A DNA stretch of 64,000 nucleotides from a virus. Below the pieces are notes generated by a model that worked only from the letters and a program-made list of their open reading frames with translations, did not search any database and had not been told where the DNA came from. Positions 49,281 through 58,955 of the stretch are shown here, in pieces (position 1 is the stretch's first letter; each line of letters begins with the position of its first letter). The position numbers and the translations under genes are program-made. Location of the stretch: the IMG/VR virus record IMGVR_UViG_3300036790_000060, positions 8,836 through 72,835 of that record. One strand, written 5' to 3'.

Positions 49281-49672
49281 CATCAGATCAACTGACTAAG
49301 TTCAAGGAATACCTCCTGATCGTCGCGGCTATCCTTGGCATCTGCGCGTCCATGTGGTGGATGATCAGCTGGTTTACCGGCGGTCTTAAGCCGGGCGACC
49401 AGGTCGTGACGGAGTCGCTTTCCGATAAGGTCACGGCGATCCAACTCAGCGTGTCGACGCTCAGCAACCAGATGTCGGCGATGCCGCGACCGACTGATTA
49501 CCAGTCGCTCGAAAACCATCTCGAAAGCATCGACCGATCTATCGGCCTTCTAGGCGACCGGCTGACCCAGGATGAGATATCCGCCGCCCGAACGTCGGCG
49601 ACGATCGGGAATATCGGGAATGCCGTCAATAGTCTTCAGCAACCTGGCAGTCGCCAGCAGCAAGGACGGTGA
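49277..49672 (+). CDS. single-TM coiled-coil protein (lysis-associated?)
   Basis: TM segment LLIVAAILGICASMWWMI; coupled to the endolysin. Confidence 0.6.
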   Translation: MTSDQLTKFKEYLLIVAAILGICASMWWMISWFTGGLKPGDQVVTESLSDKVTAIQLSVSTLSNQMSAMPRPTDYQSLENHLESIDRSIGLLGDRLTQDEISAARTSATIGNIGNAVNSLQQPGSRQQQGR

Positions 49673-50316
49673 CGGGCTACTGGGTCGTTATCCTGATGCT
49701 CACGGTATTCCTAATTATAGGCCACGCATCGGCACATCGACGCGCAACGTCTACCCATCATCCGAGGTATCACAACATGACGATCGAACACCCAGCGATC
49801 AAAACGCCCATCACCCCCGAAGTAGACCTGATGGCGAGGACCCTGGACGGTGAGGCCGAGTCCGGCGGCGCCCTGGCGATGCGGGCGGTGGCCTGCGTCA
49901 TCATGAACCGGGTCAACAACCCGCGCTGGTGGGGACGGGACATCACGAGCGTTATCCGGATGCCATACCAGTTTTCGTGCTGGCTGCCCGGTATCGATTG
50001 CAAGAGGATCGAAGGTCTTGCCCAGGACGATCCCTGGTATCTGATCGCGGTCGGGATATCGCAGCAGGCCATCGATGGGCAGCTGATCGATATCACGAAC
50101 GGGGCGGACTCCTACTACGCGAAGTCGATGACGAAGCCGCCACCGTGGGCGCACACGGCGCCGCTGACATATCAGGATGCGTGGCAGCGGTACTATCGAA
50201 CCGAACTCCCGGCGCCGACTGCGAAAAATCAGCCGTGTGCGCCGGGAACACCGGTGACGACTGACAAGCTGAACCAGATGGAGATCGATAAGATCGACAA
50301 GTCTTCCAAGCCCTAA
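49669..50316 (+). CDS. endolysin, cell wall hydrolase (SleB/Hydrolase_2 family)
   Basis: ARTLDGEA, AVACVIMNRV, PYQFSCW, TNGADSYYA; hydrophobic N-terminus. Confidence 0.85.
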   Translation: MTGYWVVILMLTVFLIIGHASAHRRATSTHHPRYHNMTIEHPAIKTPITPEVDLMARTLDGEAESGGALAMRAVACVIMNRVNNPRWWGRDITSVIRMPYQFSCWLPGIDCKRIEGLAQDDPWYLIAVGISQQAIDGQLIDITNGADSYYAKSMTKPPPWAHTAPLTYQDAWQRYYRTELPAPTAKNQPCAPGTPVTTDKLNQMEIDKIDKSSKP

Positions 50317-50321
50317 CGTGG

Positions 50322-50354
50322 AAACGGCGGTCTCTTTCATCGAGACCGCCGTTT
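50322..50354. terminator. hairpin between convergent genes (bidirectional terminator-like)
   Basis: AAACGGCGGTCTC-7nt-GAGACCGCCGTTT perfect 13-bp stem. Confidence 0.7.
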
Positions 50355-50360
50355 ACGGGA

Positions 50361-50849
50361 TCAAGTGGTGATCTTCCCACGCTTACCAGTTGGCGGTGGC
50401 GTCCCGCTTTCCGTCATCGTTCGCCGGTAGTGCGCGACCGTCGATGGCGCGACGCGGTCCTTCCCGAATAGCTCCCGCGTCTTCTCGAGTATTTCCGTAT
50501 CCGTCATCGTCCCACGCGTAAGGTATTCGCGTATCGTCGCGGCGATCGTCTTGTGGCCGTTCCGCGTCGTCACGCCGTTCCCGTTCCCGTTCGTCACGTG
50601 CGCCGTCGCTGGTGGCGTCGTTGCGGGTGGCGGCGTCACGATCGTCGTCCGCGTCGGCCGTGGCGTCACCTCTTGAAGAGGTATCGTCTCCGTGTCCTGG
50701 ATAAACGCCTTGCCGATATCATCGATCATTTTCAGCAAGGCTACCGTGGCCTCCATTCGCGTCTTGAAAGTCGCGACGGTCGGGAGTCCAGCGTATTCCG
50801 CCAGCATGTTGTGTCGGCGGGTAAGCTCTTCTAGAGTCGGCGTATTCAT
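50361..50849 (-). CDS. protein with C-terminal HTH-like domain, paralog of 4676..5287
   Basis: Start MNTPTLEE after AGGAG; IAATIREYLTRG...VAHYRR. Confidence 0.7.
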   Translation of the reverse strand: MNTPTLEELTRRHNMLAEYAGLPTVATFKTRMEATVALLKMIDDIGKAFIQDTETIPLQEVTPRPTRTTIVTPPPATTPPATAHVTNGNGNGVTTRNGHKTIAATIREYLTRGTMTDTEILEKTRELFGKDRVAPSTVAHYRRTMTESGTPPPTGKRGKITT

Positions 50850-51059
50850 CTTTCTACTCCTTCGTTTTTGTATACGGATCGGCCATCCCGTCCGCGATTT
50901 GATATATACGGCATTCCAACCGAAATTGGAATACCCTCTGAGTAACACTATAGCGAACGCTGCGAAGTATTTCACACCCTAGATATCGGTAGTAAACGTG
51001 TCCCTAAGTGGACGCGTGCTTGGCGCTACGTTAAAGGTCGTAATCCATAGGAGGTATAA

Positions 51060-51362
51060 ATGAACTCGAGTTCGCCTGTCGCTACCGGTGCCGCTGCCCT
51101 ATCGGGCGGTTCCATCGGCGAGGTTATCAGCTGGCTATGCACGGCGGTCCACATCCCCGCCCCGCCGGAGAACGTCGCGATGGCGCTAGGCGCCGTGATC
51201 CTGGCGATCGGTCACGCGCTTTACGTCAAATATCTAGCGGCGTCGGAACCCGTCGCCGCCGTGTCGGAACCGGAAAAGGCGTCGGCGCCGACGCCGTCGT
51301 TTGCCGAAGCCCGGCACCAAGCTGCCGTCGCGGAACTCGCCGCTGTTCATACGGCGCCGTGA
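51060..51362 (+). CDS. putative holin
   Basis: Two hydrophobic segments; AGGAGG RBS; near the endolysin. Confidence 0.55.
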   Translation: MNSSSPVATGAAALSGGSIGEVISWLCTAVHIPAPPENVAMALGAVILAIGHALYVKYLAASEPVAAVSEPEKASAPTPSFAEARHQAAVAELAAVHTAP

Positions 51363-51901
51363 CGCATCGCTGCCCCCGGCGGTCGGAGAACCCGATCGCC
51401 GACGACCTGTTCCCCGATCCCGACGACTGGCGGACGGGGCGACACGGTATCCGGACCTGCTCATACTGCGGCAGCCTGTCACCGGAAACCTTCTTCGCAT
51501 ATGCCGAAGCGGGCTGCATGGTCGATCCGACCGATAAGAACTATAAGGTCTACATCCACCCGCCGAACCCGGACGTGGGGAAGATCGTCGAGTACGGTTC
51601 GGATAGCGGTGCCGCGTTCGACCGTCACGGCAATCCACGACGCCACGATCTGACCGACGAAGAGAAAGCCACCGGACGATACAACCGCACGCTCGTGGGT
51701 CCGGCATCGGCGACGCTTCACGAGAAGTTCTACTTCCAGCACTTTTCGGAAGACGATCGGCAACGGTTCATCCAGATGGCGAACGCGAAGAAGTTCAACC
51801 TGGCCTTCCCTGGCCGCTTCTACGTGACGCCGTACTTCTGCACGGTCGTGCAGGTACCACCTGTCGTCCCCGATCAGACGCCTGAATCACGCGCAACCTA
51901 G
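51359..51901 (+). CDS. hypothetical protein with CSYCGS motif
   Basis: TCSYCGSL.P, PTDKNYKVY, KFYFQH, PGRFYV.PYF; GTGA coupled. Confidence 0.65.
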   Translation: MTHRCPRRSENPIADDLFPDPDDWRTGRHGIRTCSYCGSLSPETFFAYAEAGCMVDPTDKNYKVYIHPPNPDVGKIVEYGSDSGAAFDRHGNPRRHDLTDEEKATGRYNRTLVGPASATLHEKFYFQHFSEDDRQRFIQMANAKKFNLAFPGRFYVTPYFCTVVQVPPVVPDQTPESRAT

Positions 51902-51908
51902 CTAGGAA

Positions 51909-52502
51909 ATGAAAATGAACGATCTTCTCGTCTCGCGCCGCAACGCCTTGAAAGTGGCGATCGGCGCCGCGACCGCGCTCAGCGCCATGTCCGCGATCCT
52001 GTCCGCCTGTTCCGGCTCCGCCGCCGTTATCAGCGCCCAGGCTCTGGCCGACGCGCAGGGCCTTATCGGCGTCGCCCAGGCGATCGTCGCGGCGATCCTC
52101 CAGAACGATCCGATGGCACTGACCACCGACATTCAGGCGAAGATCACCGCAGCCGAGAACGCGGCCACGGCGGCGATCAAGAGCCTGTCGACGTCCACGG
52201 CGGCGATCCCCGGCGCGACGACGCTCCAGGCGGTGGATGCCGATCTGAATACGATCCTGGCGGCGGTCGGCGCGGCGCTGCCTGCGGCCGCGATCGCGTT
52301 CCCGGTCATCGCCCCGTTCGTGCCGGAATACGACGCGGCCGTGGCGCTGCTCCCCGCGATCGAGACCTGGGTCAACGGCGTCCTCGCGTCGGCGACCGTC
52401 ACCGCCCCGCCGGCAGCCGCGATGATGCCGATGGCGGCGATCCATACGGCTTACACCGTGGCGCAGGCGCGGGCGCTGCTGAGTATCCCGGTGGTGAAGT
52501 GA
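51909..52502 (+). CDS. twin-arginine lipoprotein, Ala-rich
   Basis: SRRNALK Tat motif plus LSAC lipobox. Confidence 0.7.
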   Translation: MKMNDLLVSRRNALKVAIGAATALSAMSAILSACSGSAAVISAQALADAQGLIGVAQAIVAAILQNDPMALTTDIQAKITAAENAATAAIKSLSTSTAAIPGATTLQAVDADLNTILAAVGAALPAAAIAFPVIAPFVPEYDAAVALLPAIETWVNGVLASATVTAPPAAAMMPMAAIHTAYTVAQARALLSIPVVK

Positions 52503-52611
52503 GACCGCTGGCGTTCGTTCTGCTGGTGCTGGTCGCGATCGGAACGGCGGCGTGCGTCGTCCCGGTCGGCGTCGGCGGTCCGCACTGGCACGACTCGCAT
52601 TGGCGTGGCCG

Positions 52612-53079
52612 GTGAGGCTTCCGGTCCTCGCGTTCCTGACGACTCTGGGCGGCTGCACGGTCGCCCAGACCGTCACCGTCCATATGGCGCGGACGGCGAT
52701 CGTCGGGATGAACGTGGTCGATCTTCAGGGATGCGCCGGTCGGCCGGACTCCGTGACGGTACTGGACCAGGACGAACTCCTCGTCCAATACGACAGCAAG
52801 ACGTCCGGGAACGCTGCCAGTTCGGCGTACACGATCGCGCTACCGTTCGGCGCGACGATCAAGCTAGGGGCCCAGACGGGCGAATGCCACGCCCACTTCC
52901 GCGTGTTCCGCGACGGGACGGTGGCGGCTGTCAGTTTTTCGGGTCCGATCCTCGCCGACGCAGCGGCGGTCTGTTCCGGCCTGGTGTCCGAGTGCCTGAT
53001 GCACCCGGACCAGACCGAACTACCTAAAGGCTTCGACGCCTTCGTGGTGATGGCGCCGCTGATGTCGAAGGCTAAGTAG
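52612..53079 (+). CDS. putative lipoprotein
   Basis: VRLPVLAFLTTLGG-C lipobox; CAGRPD. Confidence 0.6.
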   Translation: MRLPVLAFLTTLGGCTVAQTVTVHMARTAIVGMNVVDLQGCAGRPDSVTVLDQDELLVQYDSKTSGNAASSAYTIALPFGATIKLGAQTGECHAHFRVFRDGTVAAVSFSGPILADAAAVCSGLVSECLMHPDQTELPKGFDAFVVMAPLMSKAK

Positions 53080-53293
53080 GCGGAAGAGCCTGCTTGTTGT
53101 CAATCCAGACGTGCCGCCAGAAGTCGATCTGGACATTCAGCGCGGCGGCGTATCCCGCCTTGAACCCCTGGTCTCTTTGCGTGCGCTGCTTGCGCGAGCA
53201 TTCTTTCGCGGCTTGCGCGTAATCACTCTCCAGCACTTCCAGCATTTCGTCACGCATTTCGGATGCGGTAACGCTGTCTGATATTACGGCCAT
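53072..53293 (-). CDS. hypothetical protein
   Basis: AAGGAG RBS. Confidence 0.6.
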   Translation of the reverse strand: MAVISDSVTASEMRDEMLEVLESDYAQAAKECSRKQRTQRDQGFKAGYAAALNVQIDFWRHVWIDNKQALPPT

Positions 53294-53318
53294 CGGTATT
53301 CTCCTTGTTGATACAGTA

Positions 53319-53567
53319 TCAGATTAAGTCCCAATCGTCGGTCGTGCATTCCGCTTCGTCGGGGCGGAACACCTGCAGGCAGTTGTCCCACGCGTCGAGC
53401 TCCGGGAAATACTCGTCCAGCCGGACCTCGAACAGGTGCCCCATGCCGTGGTCGGCGCCAGGGTCCGGATCAGCCCAGACTACGGTGCCCGTGGCGCCGG
53501 TCAGGAAGGAGCCGAGTTGGAATATGTCGACGTCGCCCGTCAGGCGAACGCGATCGTTGAGCTTCAT
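53319..53567 (-). CDS. small acidic SH3-like hypothetical protein
   Basis: DRVRL..GATGTVV; GGGAGG RBS. Confidence 0.6.
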   Translation of the reverse strand: MKLNDRVRLTGDVDIFQLGSFLTGATGTVVWADPDPGADHGMGHLFEVRLDEYFPELDAWDNCLQVFRPDEAECTTDDWDLI

Positions 53568-53863
53568 GTCAGCCTCCCATCGCTGGACGATATGACATTC
53601 GCCTTCTGCAGGGTCACGCGGATCGTCTGGCTCTTATCATCCTTCAGGACATTCGGGTCCTGCCAGCCGAACTTCGCAGTCAGGCGCCGGAAGGCGTTTG
53701 CGGTCGTTACCGCGTCGAACCCGGTCACCTTCGGGACGAAGAACGTCACGACGACGTAATCGGAGTAGGTGCTAGATACATCGACGCAGCGGCTCGTCAG
53801 GTTCAGGTCGGCGGTCACTCCGGCGATGGTCAGGTTCAGATCGGCTCGGGTCATGCGGGTCAT
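53564..53863 (-). CDS. hypothetical protein
   Basis: GGGAG RBS; ATGA coupled. Confidence 0.55.
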   Translation of the reverse strand: MTRMTRADLNLTIAGVTADLNLTSRCVDVSSTYSDYVVVTFFVPKVTGFDAVTTANAFRRLTAKFGWQDPNVLKDDKSQTIRVTLQKANVISSSDGRLT

Positions 53864-53874
53864 CGGTCGTCTCC

Positions 53875-54051
53875 CTAGTTCGCGCCGACTGCGCGGCAAT
53901 ACTCGGCGGGGCTGATCTGCCAGATGCCGCTGTCGCGGTTCTCGAAGAACCAGCGACGTTCGCCGATCGGGGCGGTGATGCAGATAACGTAGCCAACCGG
54001 CAGATCGATCAAAAGTTCTTCTGCGGACTCGTAAGCTGCTTGGGTGTTCAT
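53875..54051 (-). CDS. hypothetical protein
   Basis: AAGGAG RBS before MNTQAAY. Confidence 0.55.
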   Translation of the reverse strand: MNTQAAYESAEELLIDLPVGYVICITAPIGERRWFFENRDSGIWQISPAEYCRAVGAN

Positions 54052-54136
54052 TGACGTTCTCCTTGTCGGTAGAGCTAACCTACCGCAGTTCAACGACCAC
54101 GTACAGGACTATCTCACTAAAAGGTTGGAAAAAATT

Positions 54137-54817
54137 ATGAACCGTTCCCTCGGCCGTATGCCACACGATCCCGTCCGGATCGCCGCCGAACGTCCCCACG
54201 TGATGTCGGCGACCGCCCCCGCGCCGCTCGTCCTGTCGCGCCCGGCGGTCCTCGCCCAGCCGTCGCTGGTCTTCAACGACAGCCTTCCGACGTGCACCGT
54301 CGCCGGGCTGATCAACTGCGCGCGGGCCTGGGCGCAGCTGCACGGGTTTGATCTGACATACACCGACGACGCCTGCCTCGCCTTCTTCGCGAAGGTCGCG
54401 GGTTGCGACAACACGATTGAGGCCATCGCGAAGGTTCCCGGTCTCGTCATGCAGGACGTCCTGGACTACGGCCGCGTCAACGGCTTCGACTGCGGCGGTC
54501 CGGTCATCCTGGAATACGACTACCAGGTGGTCGATCCGCACGACGAAGCGGCGATCCGCGACGTGATCTCGTTGGACGGCGGTGCCTACGTCGGCATCGA
54601 CGTGTACGCGCGTGATATGGCCGATCCGGATAACTGGAACACGACGGTATCGACGGCGGGGGAACTGGTCGGGGGGCATTGCCTCGTCCCGAAGGATTAC
54701 ACCACGCTCAACTACGACGCGGTGACGTGGGGAGAAGACCTCCAGATGACGAACGTCTGGCTGGACGAACGCATACAGGAGGTCTTCCGCATCGAGTGGT
54801 TGTTCCCGATCGCCTAG
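54137..54817 (+). CDS. papain-like (C1-type) cysteine peptidase
   Basis: NDSLPTCTVAG (Cys), GGHCLV (His), VTWG. Confidence 0.65.
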   Translation: MNRSLGRMPHDPVRIAAERPHVMSATAPAPLVLSRPAVLAQPSLVFNDSLPTCTVAGLINCARAWAQLHGFDLTYTDDACLAFFAKVAGCDNTIEAIAKVPGLVMQDVLDYGRVNGFDCGGPVILEYDYQVVDPHDEAAIRDVISLDGGAYVGIDVYARDMADPDNWNTTVSTAGELVGGHCLVPKDYTTLNYDAVTWGEDLQMTNVWLDERIQEVFRIEWLFPIA

Positions 54818-55107
54818 GCGACGAAGGTAAACCCGTAGGCTTCGACGGCGTTCATCCACGTTTGGGCATCGGACTGCTCATCGCGGACGAACGCTTCGTG
54901 CTCGTGATCGTAATAGGCTTCGAGCCATCCCATGAACTGCCGGCGCGTCCCGCGTAGTCTGATCGTCGGGACGCCGCCGGGTCCGCACGTAACCCAGTGG
55001 ATGAGGACGAGCTTCTGCTCGAAGATCGCTTCGAGTAGTTCGATCAGTTCGCCCGTCCCGTAAGCGACGACGTCGAACTCACCGTCATAGATCGGTTGGT
55101 AACCCAT
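54814..55107 (-). CDS. hypothetical protein
   Basis: 97 aa; own TTTACA promoter upstream. Confidence 0.6.
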   Translation of the reverse strand: MGYQPIYDGEFDVVAYGTGELIELLEAIFEQKLVLIHWVTCGPGGVPTIRLRGTRRQFMGWLEAYYDHEHEAFVRDEQSDAQTWMNAVEAYGFTFVA

Positions 55108-55159
55108 CGTTCTAGCCTTCCGTTTTCCCGGTTCGCCCCATACGGCCTCCGGTTCGATC

Positions 55160-55188
55160 CTTATAGCCCGGCCGAAGAGGGATGTAAA
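55160..55188 (-). promoter_or_regulatory. sigma70-like promoter
   Basis: TTTACA-17bp-TATAAG. Confidence 0.55.
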
Positions 55189-55193
55189 ACGAA

Positions 55194-55823
55194 ATGTTGA
55201 CCACGCTCGATTTCGCGAAGCTCGAATGGGACACGTATTCGGTCAGCCCCGCCGGGACGGTATTCGACACCGGTCTCGACCGGGCGGTGGTCACCCGGAC
55301 GGGAAATGACGTCCTCATATCCATCCGTGGGACTAAGGACGCGAAGCAGTGGGTATCGAACTTTAAGATCGTCGGCGTCCGGTCGGCGACGCATCCACGG
55401 CTAGGCGTCTGCGAACAGGGTTTCCTGGACGGCGCCGCCGCGCTATGGGCGATCATCAAACCGACGCTGAAGCCGGGCGACGTCCTGACGATCCAGGGCC
55501 ATTCGCGCGGCGCCGGGATGGTTCCGATAATCGTCGGGATGGCGTTGCTCGACGGTTTCCACGTCGCTTACGCCTTGATGTGGGAAGCGCCATGGTGCGT
55601 CGGTCATGACTGCCGCACCTTCCTGATTTCAAGGGGCATCTACGGCCTTCAGATGTGGCACGGCGACGATCCAGTTCCGACGATCCCGGCCGTCCCATGG
55701 CTCGTCTCTAACGTCTGGCCGATCAAGCATTTCGGGAAGTGGCGGCTCGATCCGTTCGACTGCCACGCGATGGCCGGGATTGTAGCGGAACTGATGCCGC
55801 CTACTTCGTCCGCCAAACCCTGA
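55194..55823 (+). CDS. lipase class 3 family protein
   Basis: ISIRGT, QGHSRGAG nucleophile elbow, DDPVP.IP, terminal His. Confidence 0.8.
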   Translation: MLTTLDFAKLEWDTYSVSPAGTVFDTGLDRAVVTRTGNDVLISIRGTKDAKQWVSNFKIVGVRSATHPRLGVCEQGFLDGAAALWAIIKPTLKPGDVLTIQGHSRGAGMVPIIVGMALLDGFHVAYALMWEAPWCVGHDCRTFLISRGIYGLQMWHGDDPVPTIPAVPWLVSNVWPIKHFGKWRLDPFDCHAMAGIVAELMPPTSSAKP

Positions 55824-56127
55824 TACCGAGTTCGCGGTCTTTCGCGATCGTCCGGCTTCGCCACGTATAGCGGACATCCTCACGTTGCTGGCGGATGTTG
55901 ATCGCCGCGATGACGCCGAGACACGCGGTCGGTCCCGCTTCCGACAGCGGTACAAAGAACGATCCACCGATTTCCATAAGCGGGAACGGATACGTTCGGA
56001 CGAACTGTTCTGGTCCGACGCATCCGCCGCGCTTTTTAGGATCGGGGATCGGGACGTTATCTTCTACCTTGTAGAAAAAATCGTCCGCCGTGAGGACACG
56101 CTTCGGCCGCTGCTTATAAGCCGACAC
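55801..56127 (-). CDS. small basic, probably DNA-binding protein
   Basis: YPF..MEIGGSFFVP...GIRVWR. Confidence 0.65.
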   Translation of the reverse strand: MSAYKQRPKRVLTADDFFYKVEDNVPIPDPKKRGGCVGPEQFVRTYPFPLMEIGGSFFVPLSEAGPTACLGVIAAINIRQQREDVRYTWRSRTIAKDRELGIRVWRTK

Positions 56128-56131
56128 GGCT

Positions 56132-56398
56132 TTACTCTTTCGCGCCGATACGCTGTTCCAGTGTAACCTGCTCGTCCTTGTGTTTCGGATCGGGCGGCAG
56201 CGGGACGAACTCGGCCGCGTCCAGCGCGAACGCCGCGCGCCGTAGCGCCAGTTTCACGTTGGCGTATTCCGGACCCGGTCCGTGTCCGCGCTGGCGGACG
56301 TTCCCCAGTTCGGTCAGCGCCTCGCCGATGTTGATCATCGCGAGGTTCAGGTATCGGTCTTCGAGGCTAAGGGCTGGCATCGCTGTCTTCCTCTCCAC
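56132..56398 (-). CDS. hypothetical protein
   Basis: ORF in the minus-strand operon; start uncertain. Confidence 0.5.
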   Translation of the reverse strand: MERKTAMPALSLEDRYLNLAMINIGEALTELGNVRQRGHGPGPEYANVKLALRRAAFALDAAEFVPLPPDPKHKDEQVTLEQRIGAKE

Positions 56399-56648
56399 CG
56401 AACATGTCGGTCAGGTGTTCACTGTATTTAGGGATGCCTGGCATGGTCGGCCGCCCGCGCTGCATCGTCTCGTTATACGGCATCCGGATCAGCGGATTTT
56501 TGTAGGACCAGCACTCGCCGGTGTCCTTCTGGAAGCACACCCAGACGAGGGCGCCGTCCGTCGAATAGTCGATCACAAAGTAAGCCTCGGCACGGCCGCG
56601 TGGCGTATCGAGTTCGATCGGCGGTTCTAGCCGCGTCATCGTCGGCAT
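56367..56648 (-). CDS. hypothetical protein
   Basis: LEPPIELDTPRG..IDY..WVCF..TGECW..N..IR. Confidence 0.65.
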   Translation of the reverse strand: MPTMTRLEPPIELDTPRGRAEAYFVIDYSTDGALVWVCFQKDTGECWSYKNPLIRMPYNETMQRGRPTMPGIPKYSEHLTDMFGGEEDSDASP

Positions 56649-56739
56649 CAGTGCAGCCCGTCGTCGCCGGAGATGCTGATGCCCACCAGGACACCAGCGA
56701 TGAACGCGACTAATCCGACCGCGATCAGCGTCATCATTT

Positions 56740-57312
56740 TCATTCCTTCTTGAGATGTAGCCATTCCCTAGGCATCTTCTGCCATAGCGCCCGCGCCGCT
56801 TCGTCGTGCGCATAGGGCGCGCGGAAGACGATCCGGCGGCAGCTGGTGTTCATCAGCATCTTGACGCATGACACGCACGGGCTGACCGTGACGTAGCACG
56901 TGTCGATCGCCCAGGTATCCCGGCACTTCGCGATGGCGTTCTGTTCGGCGTGGATCGCCTCGCAAGCATCTAGTTTCGTCCCGCTTACGGCATCGGCGCC
57001 GGGGCAGGCGTTCGGCGTCCGGTCTATGAACCCGATGCAATCGCTCGTAGTATAGGTGACCTTATGACGCTTGCCCTTCCGATCCGGGTTATCTTCCCAG
57101 AGGGTCTGAAGACGCGGTGTGCCGTATTGCGGCTCCTGCGCCACCTCGTTGCAGTGCGGCATTCCCGACGCGACACCGTTGAAACCCATCGACAGTTCGT
57201 TCCCGCGCCGATCGACCAGGAAACACCCGACCTGACGGCGGAGGCAGGTCCCACGGAGCGCCGTCGTTTCGGCGATCCGCAGGCCCCACTCGTCCCGATC
57301 GATCCTGCTCAT
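56740..57312 (-). CDS. dCMP deaminase
   Basis: TCLRRQVG, GFNG, HAEQNA, SPCVSC. Confidence 0.9.
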   Translation of the reverse strand: MSRIDRDEWGLRIAETTALRGTCLRRQVGCFLVDRRGNELSMGFNGVASGMPHCNEVAQEPQYGTPRLQTLWEDNPDRKGKRHKVTYTTSDCIGFIDRTPNACPGADAVSGTKLDACEAIHAEQNAIAKCRDTWAIDTCYVTVSPCVSCVKMLMNTSCRRIVFRAPYAHDEAARALWQKMPREWLHLKKE

Positions 57313-57394
57313 AACAGGTCGAGATACAGAAGTAGATACAGCAGACCTAGCAGCACGATTACCAGTGCTGCGAACGGTCCCCACCATCCGATGT

Positions 57395-57634
57395 TCATGG
57401 TTCCAATCCTTTGTCCATCATCGCTTTCCAGATGCGATCCGCCCCGATGCCTTCGGCGGCATTGAGCATATCGCGGTCGGGTTGCCGCGCCTCTCGCAAG
57501 ATGCGGCGAACGTCTTGACGATAGCAGCTTTTCAAGCTGGGGGACAGGTTTTCCCATATCGTCGCGTCGCCACCATGTAATGCGCAGGCCAGCCGGTCGA
57601 TGAACGCCGCGCTCATAACCCCGTCTCCCACCAC
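57395..57634 (-). CDS. hypothetical protein
   Basis: REARQPDRDML..IWKAMMD. Confidence 0.55.
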   Translation of the reverse strand: MVGDGVMSAAFIDRLACALHGGDATIWENLSPSLKSCYRQDVRRILREARQPDRDMLNAAEGIGADRIWKAMMDKGLEP

Positions 57635-58425
57635 CGCATCGGATCGCCCTTCGACGTCTGTTTCAGGCGGTCCAACCAGTGCCCGATGCCATAAAGATCG
57701 ATCTTTTCGATCGGAAGCGGAAGTCCGCCGGGAACCTCGGCGATCGGCATCGACAGCGCATCCCAGTGATCTTGGTAAATATGGGACGACGCTGCGGTGA
57801 GATATAGGTTCCCCACCCCGATCGGCGTCGCGGACGCGGTCCAGGTGTTGTAGACTTCCCGCACCAGCAGGCCGACGCAGGTGAACGTGAAGACGTCGTA
57901 GGGCAGCCCAAGCCAGACATCAGACGACCGCATGAAGACGTGCACGTTGAGTCGGTCTTCCCTGATCTTGAAGTCCAGTGCGACGGTGCACGGAACGTCC
58001 TTCGTCGGCTGCGGGTTTTGTATCCACGTCGTCATCGTCGCCTGCCGCGTATCACGGTCTTCCACCAACTTCCTGACGACGTGATCCAGCTGATTGACGA
58101 TGCGCGGGCCGTAGGCGCCGTAGAGCGTCTGTCCGTCGTCGCTGAACTCGGCCAGCCGCTTGTTGTAAGGCGTGATCTCCGATAGCTGGTTGGAACCGGA
58201 CAGTATCCACGCCGCCTCCGCCGCCATGAACTTGTAGTTCAGTTTCCGCTCCGGAAGGCGGAGGACCGGATACTGCATGTCCACGGCGATCGTATGGTGC
58301 AGCAGTTCCGATATCGCCTTGCCGCGTGGCTTGCACGCGTGGCCGTAGGTGATGACGTTGTCGTAGGTGTCAGCCCAGGCTTGGTCCATCGTCCCGACTT
58401 CGGCGCCGAACAGTGCCGTTCTCAT
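57613..58425 (-). CDS. thymidylate synthase homologue, probable dCMP hydroxymethylase/methylase
   Basis: GAYGPR, DTRQA, DVPCT, MRSSDVWLGLPYD, SSHIY. Confidence 0.85.
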   Translation of the reverse strand: MRTALFGAEVGTMDQAWADTYDNVITYGHACKPRGKAISELLHHTIAVDMQYPVLRLPERKLNYKFMAAEAAWILSGSNQLSEITPYNKRLAEFSDDGQTLYGAYGPRIVNQLDHVVRKLVEDRDTRQATMTTWIQNPQPTKDVPCTVALDFKIREDRLNVHVFMRSSDVWLGLPYDVFTFTCVGLLVREVYNTWTASATPIGVGNLYLTAASSHIYQDHWDALSMPIAEVPGGLPLPIEKIDLYGIGHWLDRLKQTSKGDPMRWWETGL

Positions 58426-58955
58426 TTGTAATACCCCTCGATGATCGCCAGGTCGTTATCGGAACTGAACGGGTCGATGACGACGCTATGGAGCGCCGTT
58501 ATGTTCGCCAGCGCGGCTTTCGTCCGGTACCATTCATAGACGACGTGAAGCTGCTGGACACCGGCCAGATACTCCTGCCCTGCGCCCTTCCGTTCGATGA
58601 AGTTCGTCTGAACGGTTTCCCACGGCGGGAGGCAGATGATGACGGTCGTCCGGCACCGCGCCGCCATCGTCTCCAGCATATCGACCTGATCCGGCGTGAT
58701 CCGGTCGGCGCCGCCACGGAACGCGACGCCGTAGGGCTTCTCGCTGATCCAGCACCGGTCGAGCACGACGTCGCAGCGGTTCAGGACGGCGGGCGCCATC
58801 GTTTGCGCGTAGACGTGGTGAAGACCGCCCTGGATATTCGGATACGGTCCGTGATGATGGAAGAAGCAGCCGGGCAGCATCGCCACGATCTTCCGGGCGA
58901 GGGTAGTTTTACCCGCCCCGTCCGGACCTTCCATGATGATGATCTTCCGGGTCAC
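58422..58955 (-). CDS. dNMP (thymidylate-like) kinase
   Basis: IIMEGPDGAGKTTLA, VLDRCWISE..YG. Confidence 0.85.
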   Translation of the reverse strand: MTRKIIIMEGPDGAGKTTLARKIVAMLPGCFFHHHGPYPNIQGGLHHVYAQTMAPAVLNRCDVVLDRCWISEKPYGVAFRGGADRITPDQVDMLETMAARCRTTVIICLPPWETVQTNFIERKGAGQEYLAGVQQLHVVYEWYRTKAALANITALHSVVIDPFSSDNDLAIIEGYYK

